58,541 nucleotides of DNA, taken from positions 1 to 58,541 of the forward strand of contig NYZB01000276.1 in the NCBI GenBank assembly GCA_002687015.1. The letters run 5' to 3'. Source of the stretch: Deltaproteobacteria bacterium (lineage in GTDB: Bacteria > Myxococcota_A > UBA9160 > UBA6930). The notes under the pieces are model-generated. The model made no database searches. It was not told the origin of the DNA and saw only the letters and a program-made list of their open reading frames with translations. Positions 34,833-42,816 of this stretch are shown in pieces. Numbering within the stretch: position 1 is the stretch's first letter; the number at the start of each line of letters is the position of its first letter. The translations under genes and the position numbers were made by a program.

Positions 34833-37307
34833 CTACCTTTCGGACAGGCGGGCGAAGCGCTTCTCCGCTTCTTCGCGGAGATGACTCGTGCCGTCGCCTG
34901 CGGGTGCGGCCCGGGCCTCCGCCAGGGCCTGCTCGGCTTCGAGCTCCCGGCCGAGGCCGGCGTACGCCTCCGCACGCCGGTAGAGCAGGTCATAGCGACC
35001 GGGCGCTCGGACGAGACCCCTCTCGGCGGTCTCCAGCGCAGCGGCGAAAGCCCCCTGGGCGACCTGCACGGACGCCAGGGTCTCGAGCGCGCCCGCGGTG
35101 CCGTCCGTGACCTCCACGACCTCGCGGGCCAGGGACTCCGCGCGATCCAATCGACGCCCGAGCCGAGAAAGCAGCCAGGCCAGGTGGTTCTTGGCGAGGA
35201 CGTTGTCGGGGTTGAAGGCAAGAGCCCGCTCCGCGGCCACGGCGGCCTCCCCCTGCCGGCCGAGTCGATCGAGAACTTCGGCACTCGCGAGGAAGATCCG
35301 ATCCGTCGTGGCGCCCGCACGCTCGGCGGCGCTGAGACGCATGCGCGCCATGTCCAGCCTTCCGGCCACGAGCTCGGCGCGGGCGAGGCGAAGCGCCGCG
35401 GCCTCGCGACTCAGGTGCCCCGGCGGGAGCTCGGCCAGGCGGCGGCGGGCACTCATCAAGTCCCCGTCTTCCGTGTCCAGGGCCGCGAGGCGCCAGAGGC
35501 TGGTCGAGTTGGGTTGTTCGGCGGCCGCCGCCTGCTCGTAGCTGCGTCGGGCCTCCTCGCGGTCGCCCACCAGCTCCAACGCCTCGCCCAGCAGCACGAA
35601 GCCGCTGCCTCGGCCCGGATTCTTCTTCGCCGCGGCGCGAAAGGTCGCAATGGCCTCCTGCGTTCGACCCTCGGCCAGGGCCAGGCGGCCCTCGAGGAGA
35701 AAGACATCCTCCGGGTGGGAGCCGCGCAGCCGTTCGAGGTGGGCGCGTGCCGTCCCGGTGTCGCCGGCCATGAGCGCCGCGTCCACGCGCATCCCCTCGA
35801 TGTTGGAGCCGCTCGGACCGAAGGGCTTGAGCGCCTCCAGGACCTCGCGGCCGCGACCCTGGGAGAGAAGGACGTTCGCCCTGTGCAGGGCCTGGAGCAG
35901 GAACACCTTGTCCTTGGGGTCTGGGCCGCCGACCACGCCCAGGGGCGGCCCGCCCCCCTCGGCCTCGGCGACGTCGATGTAGCCGAGGGCCTCGAGGCGC
36001 GCGCGCTCGGCGTCCCCGACCTCCAGATTCGGTGCGGGCGGTCGGCCGGCGGCGATACGCGCTTCGACGACGGCGTCCAGTGCGCGCACTCGCTCGGGTT
36101 GCTCGTCTGCCAGGTTCCGCAGCTCACCCGGATCGGACTGGAGGTCGTAGAGCTCGGGGCGCGTCACTCGGATGTACTTCCACTCTGCGGTTCGAACTCC
36201 GAGCTGGGGGCTCCAGCCCAGATCGAGCTGGCTGGCCAGGGTCTCGACCCAGGCCACCCGGTCGGAGGGGAGCGCCCGACCCTGGAGGGCCGGCCACAGG
36301 CTGGTGCCGTCGCTCGCGGGCATCGGCGGAAGCCCGAACCAGTCGAGCACCGTGGGTGCGAGATCCGCGAGCGCGACCTGATCCTCGACCACCTCGTCGG
36401 CGGGAATGCCCGGTCCGGACAGGATGAGCGGCACGCGCTGGGTCGGGTCGTAGATCGTAAAGGAATGGGTCCACTCGCCGTGGTCGCCGCGAGCCTCGCC
36501 GTGGTCGCTGGTCACGACGACCGCGGTGGCTCCGTCAGGGAAGCGCTCGTCGATCGCCGCCAGGAGTCGAGCCAGCTCCGCATCGGCGAAGGCGATCTCC
36601 CCGTCGTAGAGATCGGACTCGAAGCGGCTGGCCCAGGGCTCCGGGGGGGTCAGATCCTGGTGCGGGTCATAGAGGTGGATCCATGAAAAGAAGCGCTCGG
36701 GCGCCCCGTCGAGCCAGCGGATGGCGGAATCGACAACCTGGTTGGCGGGACGACTGGCCACGACCATGGCCGCCCGGCCTGCGCGGGCCATGCCGAGCTC
36801 GTCGTCGTAGACGTCGAAGGAGCGGGCGAGGCCGTGGCGCTCGTCCAGCACCGCCGCAGCCACGAAGGCCCCCGTCCCGAAGCCCGCGGCGCGAAAGCGA
36901 TCGGTCAAGGTGGGAATGTCCGCTTCCAGCCTGAAGTCGCCGTTGTCGCGAACGCCGTGGGCCGGCGGATCGAGACCGGTGAGCAGGGTGGCGTGCGAGG
37001 GAAGGGTCAGCGGAGCGGGCGAGATCGCGTGCTGGAAGCGCGTCCCCTCCCTCGCAAGACGATCCAGGGTCGGGGTCGAGCCGCCGCCCCACCCGTAGCA
37101 ACCCACCCGATCGGCGCGGAGCGTGTCGATGGTGACGAGCAGGAGGCGCTTCGGCGACTCCGCCCGGGTTGGCTGCGCAGACTCCGAGGGTTGGATGGGG
37201 GCGTTGGCCGGCTCGGCTGGGGGAGGCGCCGGTACAGGGCTCTCTCCGCATGCGAAGGCGAGCAGGGAGAGAGTCACAAGGACGGCTCGGGCGCGCATGG
37301 GCCGCAC
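34833..37307 (-). CDS. Sulfatase-like (Thr-nucleophile type) enzyme fused to a C-terminal TPR domain, lipoprotein
   Basis: Lipobox LLAFACG. LLLVTIDTLRADRVGCYGW, and SPAPLTLPSHATLLTG instead of C/S-x-P-x-R. TSDHGE. About 400 aa of TPR-like repeats at the C-terminus. Confidence 0.8.
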   Translation of the reverse strand: MRPMRARAVLVTLSLLAFACGESPVPAPPPAEPANAPIQPSESAQPTRAESPKRLLLVTIDTLRADRVGCYGWGGGSTPTLDRLAREGTRFQHAISPAPLTLPSHATLLTGLDPPAHGVRDNGDFRLEADIPTLTDRFRAAGFGTGAFVAAAVLDERHGLARSFDVYDDELGMARAGRAAMVVASRPANQVVDSAIRWLDGAPERFFSWIHLYDPHQDLTPPEPWASRFESDLYDGEIAFADAELARLLAAIDERFPDGATAVVVTSDHGEARGDHGEWTHSFTIYDPTQRVPLILSGPGIPADEVVEDQVALADLAPTVLDWFGLPPMPASDGTSLWPALQGRALPSDRVAWVETLASQLDLGWSPQLGVRTAEWKYIRVTRPELYDLQSDPGELRNLADEQPERVRALDAVVEARIAAGRPPAPNLEVGDAERARLEALGYIDVAEAEGGGPPLGVVGGPDPKDKVFLLQALHRANVLLSQGRGREVLEALKPFGPSGSNIEGMRVDAALMAGDTGTARAHLERLRGSHPEDVFLLEGRLALAEGRTQEAIATFRAAAKKNPGRGSGFVLLGEALELVGDREEARRSYEQAAAAEQPNSTSLWRLAALDTEDGDLMSARRRLAELPPGHLSREAAALRLARAELVAGRLDMARMRLSAAERAGATTDRIFLASAEVLDRLGRQGEAAVAAERALAFNPDNVLAKNHLAWLLSRLGRRLDRAESLAREVVEVTDGTAGALETLASVQVAQGAFAAALETAERGLVRAPGRYDLLYRRAEAYAGLGRELEAEQALAEARAAPAGDGTSHLREEAEKRFARLSER

Positions 37308-37407
37308 CGTAGCTGAATGGCCATCCCCTCCCAGGCCCGGCCCGCCGGCGAGGGCCTATCCCCCCGGGACGTTGATTGAACGGAAGGAACGCCCTTTCCG
37401 TTCTGTA

Positions 37408-37431
37408 GGGAAATCCCTTTCCGAATTTCCC
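37408..37431 (+). promoter_or_regulatory. Inverted repeat, candidate enhancer-binding-protein site (UAS) about 100-120 bp upstream of the sigma-54 promoter
   Basis: GGGAAAT-N10-ATTTCCC (37408-37414 / 37425-37431), embedded in a relatively AT-rich stretch with further GGAAGG/CCTTTCC motifs (37382-37399). Confidence 0.35.
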
Positions 37432-37529
37432 GTCGCGTGCCCTCGATCGGGACCGGTGGAGGCTCGGGATTTCGTTGTTTCTCGTGGTTTTTCAACGAGT
37501 TATGTGTTTTCCGCTCCAGCGGGCCCGCT

Positions 37530-37545
37530 TGGCACTCGCATTGCA
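37530..37545 (+). promoter_or_regulatory. Sigma-54 (RpoN) -24/-12 promoter for PEP-CTERM gene copy B
   Basis: TGGCAC-TCGCA-TTGCA matches the TGGCAC-N5-TTGCW consensus with correct GG/GC spacing. It lies about 115 nt upstream of ATG 37659. Confidence 0.65.
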
Positions 37546-37658
37546 GATGTCCGGGGTAACTTCGCGACGACCGGTGGCAAGGTGCATACCCGGGTACGCG
37601 AACGAGCAGGTAGGGTTGGCCCCCGCGGCCTCCCGTCGAAACAAGGAAAACCATTCAC

Positions 37659-38372
37659 ATGCGCAAGTTGTTCATCCTCGCGGCGGCCATGCTGTTGGCC
37701 GTCGGCGCTAATGCGGCACCGCTCACCGAGGTCGAGACCGAGTCGACCACGCCGGTCATCGGCGGGGTCACCATCACGACCGTCGCGCAGAGCAACGGAA
37801 CGGCCTCGGCCGGCGCCGGTTCCTGGGGCGGTGGTACGGCCTTTGCCGGCACCCAGACCATCCTCCCCCCGACCACCAGCCCGGTTAGCACGATCACGAT
37901 CAAGCTGGGCGGTCACGGTGCGGTCAGCGTGACGGCCCTCGGCGCGGTCGTCGGCGGCGTCCAGACCGGCTCCGTCTGTGCGTATCTGTTCGGCTTCTGC
38001 GCCATCGCCATCCCGGTGGCCACGGGCACGACCGGCACGATCACGGCTGGCGGGTACGGCATCTTCATCACGGTCGAGAACCAGAAGTGGACCACGGGTG
38101 TTGCGAAGGCCGGTGGCCTGACCAGTCTCGGTCAGGCGCTGCCGAACGTGACCACGACCGGTTCGTTCAACATCAACGCCAGTGGTGCGGGCACGATCCA
38201 GCTGGTCGTGGCCAACACGCTCACCACCAGTGGGGCGGCCTACGGCCTGCAGAGCACGACCTCGAGCCCGACGATCCTACGCCTGCGCTTCAGCGTGCCG
38301 GAGCCCGGCACCCTGCTGCTCCTCGGCGCTGGTGCCCTCGGCCTCGTGCTGGTGGGTCGCCGCCGCAGCTAA
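37659..38372 (+). CDS. PEP-CTERM sorting-domain secreted protein, Thr/Gly-rich, copy B (237 aa)
   Basis: Signal peptide MRKLFILAAAMLLAVGANA. C-terminal VPEPGTLLLLGAGALGLVLVGRRRS. About 40 differences from copy A over about 238 positions by manual alignment. Confidence 0.85.
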   Translation: MRKLFILAAAMLLAVGANAAPLTEVETESTTPVIGGVTITTVAQSNGTASAGAGSWGGGTAFAGTQTILPPTTSPVSTITIKLGGHGAVSVTALGAVVGGVQTGSVCAYLFGFCAIAIPVATGTTGTITAGGYGIFITVENQKWTTGVAKAGGLTSLGQALPNVTTTGSFNINASGAGTIQLVVANTLTTSGAAYGLQSTTSSPTILRLRFSVPEPGTLLLLGAGALGLVLVGRRRS

Positions 38373-38400
38373 GCTCGTTAGTTAGCTGAACGTCCTTGAA

Positions 38401-38436
38401 GGGGCGGTCACCTCGGTGGCCGCCCCTTCTCTTTGT
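38401..38436 (+). terminator. Rho-independent terminator of PEP-CTERM gene copy B
   Basis: GGGGCGGTCAC-CTCG-GTGGCCGCCCC hairpin followed by TTCTCTTTGT. Confidence 0.65.
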
Positions 38437-38519
38437 GGAGAGCTTGCGGAGCTCGAGGGGGCCCTGGAAGAGCCGGCACCGAGCGGAAGGGGAGGGCCGC
38501 GCCGCCCCTGGCGGAGCGC

Positions 38520-39428
38520 TCAGAGCTTGCTCTGCAGGTACTCGAGGGTGCGCTCGCCCGCGCCCTCTTCGACGGGCACGATGGACGCGTCGAAGTCCGT
38601 GACGCCCACCTCGCGGAGCCGGTCGAGGGCGGCGTCCAGGATCGCCTCGTCGCCGACGATCGCGACGTCGCCTGGACCCGCGGCTCCCTCCCGGTCGAGC
38701 ATGGCCCTGTAGGACGGCAGGCTGCCGTACATCGCCAGGTTCTGGCCGACCCACTGGCGCGCGGCATCCGGATCGCCGGTCAGGGCGATCGGCAGGGCCG
38801 CCACGATGCGCGGCTCGGCGCGTCCGGCCTCTTCGGCCGCCGCGCGCAGCTTGGGCCCGATGTGCGCCTCGATCGTCGCGGGGCCGGTCATCCAGAGGAT
38901 CGTGCCGTCGGCGTAGGTACCGGCCAGCTTGAGCATGACGTCGCCCAGGGCCGCGATGAGGACCGGCGTGTTGCCGGCGCCGGGCACCTGCAGGCCGGCG
39001 TTCACCCGGTAGTGCTCCCCCTCGAACTTCGCGGGCTCACCGCGCAGGAGCGGGGTCAGGACCTCGAGGTACTCGCGCATGTTGCGCGCCGGCTTGTCGT
39101 AGCTGAAGCCGAACATGTCCTCGATGACGATCTTGTGGGAGAGACCGATCCCCAGGACGAAGCGTCCGTCGCAGGCAGCCTGGGTGGTCAGGGTCTGCTG
39201 GGCGATCGCGACGGGGTGCCGGGGAAAGGTGGGCACCACGGCCGTGCCGAGCTCGATCCGCTGCGTCTCACGACCCGCGATCGCCAGGGTGCCGATCGCG
39301 TCCAGCCCGAAGATGTTGGCCATCCAGATGGAGTGGAAGCCGCGTTGCTCCAGGTCCCGGGCCTGCGCCACGATGCCGTCGAGGGTGCCGTCCGGACCGT
39401 TCGCTCCGGTCATGATGCCGATTCGCAT
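38520..39428 (-). CDS. Luciferase-like monooxygenase (LLM) class, probably F420-dependent, oxidoreductase
   Basis: ATG 39428 with GGAGGA RBS, 302 aa. MRIGIMTG...GFHSIWMANIFGLDA...GLSHKIVIEDMFG typical of LLM/F420 oxidoreductases. The upstream part of track ORF 38520..39809 is not coding. Confidence 0.8.
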   Translation of the reverse strand: MRIGIMTGANGPDGTLDGIVAQARDLEQRGFHSIWMANIFGLDAIGTLAIAGRETQRIELGTAVVPTFPRHPVAIAQQTLTTQAACDGRFVLGIGLSHKIVIEDMFGFSYDKPARNMREYLEVLTPLLRGEPAKFEGEHYRVNAGLQVPGAGNTPVLIAALGDVMLKLAGTYADGTILWMTGPATIEAHIGPKLRAAAEEAGRAEPRIVAALPIALTGDPDAARQWVGQNLAMYGSLPSYRAMLDREGAAGPGDVAIVGDEAILDAALDRLREVGVTDFDASIVPVEEGAGERTLEYLQSKL

Positions 39429-39480
39429 GGGGTTCCTCCGCGCTGGGTGCCGGAGTGTGCCCCAGGTGCCGGGGCGTCGC

Positions 39481-40908
39481 TCACGCGTGGGGAGCCTGCC
39501 AGGCCAGGTGGCCACCGCAGACGGTGGCGGCCACGTGCTCCGCGCGAAGGTCGCTGCGGACCTCGCTCCACGCTGCGTCGAGCAGACAGAGATCGGCGTG
39601 CACGCCGGGCTCCACCACGCGGGGCGGAGCCCCCGGCGCTTCGAGCGGGCCCAGGAAGAGGGCCAGGGCCTCGTCCGGAAGGAGCGCCTCGCCCGGCGCG
39701 AGCCGCGCCCCGCAGCGCGTCTCGCGCCCAACCGCCGCCGCCATGGCGAGCCAGGGATCCGGCGAGCCGTAGGGAGCATCGCTGCCGGCGGCCAGGGGGA
39801 CGCCCGCATCGAGCCAGGCCCGACCCGGGTAGAGCCAGGGCCGATCGCGCTCCTCCACCTCTGTCAGGTAGGTCTCGCCGCGCTCGCGGACGAAGATCGG
39901 CTGGCTGACGACCCGGACGCCGAGGCGCCGGATCCAAGCGACGCAGTCGGGCGGCGCGACCGAGGCGTGCTCGACGCGATCCGCGGGCTCCGCTCCCGCC
40001 TCTTCGAGTGCGGCCAGGGCGAGCACGAGCTCGGCACGGGTCACGGCGTGGATCGCGACGCCCCGGCCCGCCGCGTGGGCCTCGCGGATGCGATCGGCGA
40101 GTCGCTCCGGCTGGGGAAGGCGCGGCTCGTCGAGCAGGATCTTCACCGCGCCCACCTGCACCCCAGCAGGCACGTCGAGCCGGCCCAGCTCGGAGCTACC
40201 GAGCAGCTGCAGGCGCTGCGGAAGATCCCCCGTCTTCCTGGCTTCGAGCAGCCGCCCCACCGAGCGCGGTGTGTTGTCCGCACCCGCGTCGGTCACACCC
40301 GTGACGCCGTGACGGGCGAGCAGGCGGCCGACCTCCGCCAGATCGGGAGGCCCGGACCCGGGAAGGCGTTCGCGCAGCCAGCCGTCCAGCCGGAAGAGCC
40401 GGCCGGTCGCGCGACCCGCCGCATCCCTCTCCACGCCTTCGGGAAGATCCGGGGCATCCAGGCCCAGCGCCTTGGCGCCGAGGTCGTTGACCATCCACAG
40501 CGCACCCGTGCGGTGCTGCACACGAACCGGCAGGTCGGAGCGGAATCCGCTGAGACGGCGGCGATCCAGGTGCCCCGCTACCGATTCGTGGTAGCCGACG
40601 CCGCGCACCCAGCCGGAGCGCGGTGTCGCCCCGCGCAGGCGCTCCGCCAGGGCTTGCTCGTCCTCGACCTCCGGCGGACCGCAGGCCACCGAGGAGAGCG
40701 CCGACGCCAGGCCGAAGAGGTGGAGATGGTGGTCGTGCAGACCCGGCAGGAGGGCGCCACCGCGCGCCTCGAGCACCTGCTCGTCGCCTCGCGCCATGAG
40801 CGTGTCGCCAATGGCCGCGATCCGGCCGCGGCGAACGCTCACGTCGCAGCGCCGGCCGCCCAGCTCGCAGTTGCGAAACAGCAGGGGTCGGGGCTCGGGA
40901 GGGGCCAT
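39481..40908 (-). CDS. Metal-dependent amidohydrolase (amidohydrolase-3 / YtcJ-like)
   Basis: ATG 40908, 475 aa. PGLHDHHLHLF metal-binding HxH, AIHAV, AAGSDAPYG. Confidence 0.75.
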   Translation of the reverse strand: MAPPEPRPLLFRNCELGGRRCDVSVRRGRIAAIGDTLMARGDEQVLEARGGALLPGLHDHHLHLFGLASALSSVACGPPEVEDEQALAERLRGATPRSGWVRGVGYHESVAGHLDRRRLSGFRSDLPVRVQHRTGALWMVNDLGAKALGLDAPDLPEGVERDAAGRATGRLFRLDGWLRERLPGSGPPDLAEVGRLLARHGVTGVTDAGADNTPRSVGRLLEARKTGDLPQRLQLLGSSELGRLDVPAGVQVGAVKILLDEPRLPQPERLADRIREAHAAGRGVAIHAVTRAELVLALAALEEAGAEPADRVEHASVAPPDCVAWIRRLGVRVVSQPIFVRERGETYLTEVEERDRPWLYPGRAWLDAGVPLAAGSDAPYGSPDPWLAMAAAVGRETRCGARLAPGEALLPDEALALFLGPLEAPGAPPRVVEPGVHADLCLLDAAWSEVRSDLRAEHVAATVCGGHLAWQAPHA

Positions 40909-40941
40909 GCGCCGGTCCACACCTGATATTCTAGTCCGGTC

Positions 40942-41667
40942 ATGGATCCCTCGACCGACAGCCTGGAGCGGCTCGTTCCCGAAGCGCTCGACGCGGACGA
41001 TTCGACCGGGCTCGACACCCTGGCTCTCCACCTGGCCCGCTACGAGTTCGCGGCGCGATTCGCCCGCTCCGGGGCACGGATCCTCGACATGGCCTGCGGT
41101 GTCGGGTACGGGACCCGCTTGCTGGCCGATCGCTCTTCGGGCAGCGCCCTGGGCGTGGACCTCTCGGAGGAGGCCATCTCCCACGCCCGCCGCAGCTATG
41201 CGCGCGAGGGCGTCGACTTCGCCGTCGCCGACGCGCTCGAGTTCGGCGAGCCGGCCGGCTACGACCTGGTGGTCTCCCTGGAGACGGTCGAGCACGTCGA
41301 TGATCCGGTTCGTCTGATGCGCCGGCTCCTCGAGCTGGTCCGCCCGGGGGGCGTCCTCGTCGCATCGGTTCCGACCACACCCTCGACGGACGTGAATCCG
41401 CACCACCAGAGCGACTTCACCCGGGCCAGCTTTCGGGCGATGCTCCGCGACACCCCGGCGCGGGAGATCGACCAGCTCTTCCAGGTCCAGAGGGTGCCGA
41501 TCGGCGGCGTGCTGATGCGCAGCGAGAAGCGCATGGCCGACATGCGCCCCAACCTGCTCGCCTACTACGCCACCCACCCGGGAAGTCTCTTGCGACGCCT
41601 GGCCTCCACCCTGCGCCACGGCTTCGCGAACCACTACCTCACCCTGGCCTGGCGGCACGAGGCGTGA
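40942..41667 (+). CDS. Class I SAM-dependent methyltransferase
   Basis: ILDMACGVGYG (motif I), DLVVSLETVEHV, RPGGVLVASVP. Confidence 0.8.
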   Translation: MDPSTDSLERLVPEALDADDSTGLDTLALHLARYEFAARFARSGARILDMACGVGYGTRLLADRSSGSALGVDLSEEAISHARRSYAREGVDFAVADALEFGEPAGYDLVVSLETVEHVDDPVRLMRRLLELVRPGGVLVASVPTTPSTDVNPHHQSDFTRASFRAMLRDTPAREIDQLFQVQRVPIGGVLMRSEKRMADMRPNLLAYYATHPGSLLRRLASTLRHGFANHYLTLAWRHEA

Positions 41668-42353
41668 AGGCCGTCCTGATTCCGGCCTTCAACGAGGAGC
41701 CCCGTCTGCCGGCGGTTCTCGAGGCGCTGCGCCGCGAGGCGCCCGACTTCGTGCCGATCGTCATCGATGACGGCTCCCGGGACCACACGGCCGAGATGGC
41801 CCTGAAGGGCGGCGCCACACTGCTGCGCCATCCCTTCAACCTGGGCTACGGGGCTGCGCTGCAGACCGGCTACAAGTTCGCACTGCGGAGCGGAGTCGAC
41901 CTGCTCGTGCAGATGGATGCCGACGGCCAGCATCGCCCGGAGGACCTTCTGCGGCTGGCCGAGGGGCTGGAGACCGGGAAGCTGGACCTGGTGATCGGAT
42001 CGCGCTTCCTGGGCGAGGGCGACTACCGGATGGGGGGCTTGCGAAGTGTGGGGCGGAGCTTCTTCCGCTGGCTGCTCGGCCTCTTCGGCCTGCACGTCAG
42101 CGACCCCACATCGGGGCTCCAGGCCATGAACCGGTCCGTCCTCGAGCTCTACGCCGAGGACATGTTCCCCTCCGACTACCCCGATGTGGACGTCCTGCTC
42201 TGCGCGCATCGGCGCGGGCTGCGGGTCGGAGAGTGCGCGGTGACGATGGACCCGAGCCCGCGGGCCTCGACCCTTCACGCGGGGTTGGCGCCGGTCTACT
42301 ACGTGTACAAGATGATCCTCTCGCTGTGGGCGGCCTCGCGGACCCGCCGGTAG
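41664..42353 (+). CDS. GT2 family glycosyltransferase (polyprenyl-phosphate sugar synthase-like, GtrB/DPM1 type)
   Basis: GTGA overlap with the upstream gene. IPAFNEE, VIDDGSRD, QMDADGQH, SDPTSGLQAM. Confidence 0.85.
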   Translation: MKAVLIPAFNEEPRLPAVLEALRREAPDFVPIVIDDGSRDHTAEMALKGGATLLRHPFNLGYGAALQTGYKFALRSGVDLLVQMDADGQHRPEDLLRLAEGLETGKLDLVIGSRFLGEGDYRMGGLRSVGRSFFRWLLGLFGLHVSDPTSGLQAMNRSVLELYAEDMFPSDYPDVDVLLCAHRRGLRVGECAVTMDPSPRASTLHAGLAPVYYVYKMILSLWAASRTRR

Positions 42354-42374
42354 GGAGTCTGAAACGGGGGAGCC

Positions 42375-42815
42375 ATGAGCCCGGAAGAACGACTCGAAGA
42401 GCTGCGTCAGCTCTTCCTCCACGCGCCGGAGACCGAATCCACCCGCCTCATCGCCGTGGGCCTCAGCCTGGGCCTGATCACGGCGGTGCTGCTGCTCGTG
42501 CGCCGCAGGACCCTGCGCGCCGAGTACACGCCCGTGTGGGTGCTGGTGGCCCTGTTCACCTTCGCACTCAGCGCCTTCCCTCCGCTGCTCACCTTCGTCA
42601 CCCGCTCGCTGGGAGCCTGGACGGGCAGCTCGGCGATCTTCTTCCTCGGGCATCTCTTCCTGGTGGCCATCTGCTTGAACTACGCCGTGCGCCTCTCGGG
42701 CTTGACGCTCCAGGTCAAGAACCTGACCCAGGAGGTGACGGTGCTCCGCGCCCAGGTCGAAGGAGCCCAGCCACGGGCGGTGGGCGCGGGCGCTCCCTCC
42801 GTCGGGGAGCCCTAG
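42375..42815 (+). CDS. Small membrane protein, DUF2304-like (GT2-associated)
   Basis: 146 aa with 3-4 TM helices. The RRRTLRAEYTPVWVLVAL motif resembles DUF2304. It sits immediately after a GT2 gene and before a DUF2142 gene. Confidence 0.6.
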   Translation: MSPEERLEELRQLFLHAPETESTRLIAVGLSLGLITAVLLLVRRRTLRAEYTPVWVLVALFTFALSAFPPLLTFVTRSLGAWTGSSAIFFLGHLFLVAICLNYAVRLSGLTLQVKNLTQEVTVLRAQVEGAQPRAVGAGAPSVGEP

Positions 42816-42816
42816 G

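Larger units (their letters stand above)
37659..38436 (+). repeat. Inverted-duplicate unit B (PEP-CTERM CDS plus terminator)
   Basis: Aligns with the reverse complement of 18575..19355. Similarity ends right after the terminator T-run and just upstream of the RBS. Confidence 0.9.

Noticed and set aside
31683-36686. ORFs 31683..34634 (-, 983 aa) and 34806..36686 (+, 626 aa)
   Set aside because: They are antisense to the fused spermidine-synthase-like gene and the sulfatase-TPR gene. Composition is dominated by R/E/G/A/P with no recognisable domains.
18575-38436. The inverted repeats interpreted as IS or transposon ends (composite transposon)
   Set aside because: The repeated units are complete PEP-CTERM genes with their terminators. 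No transposase, integrase, terminal IR or target-site duplication is visible.
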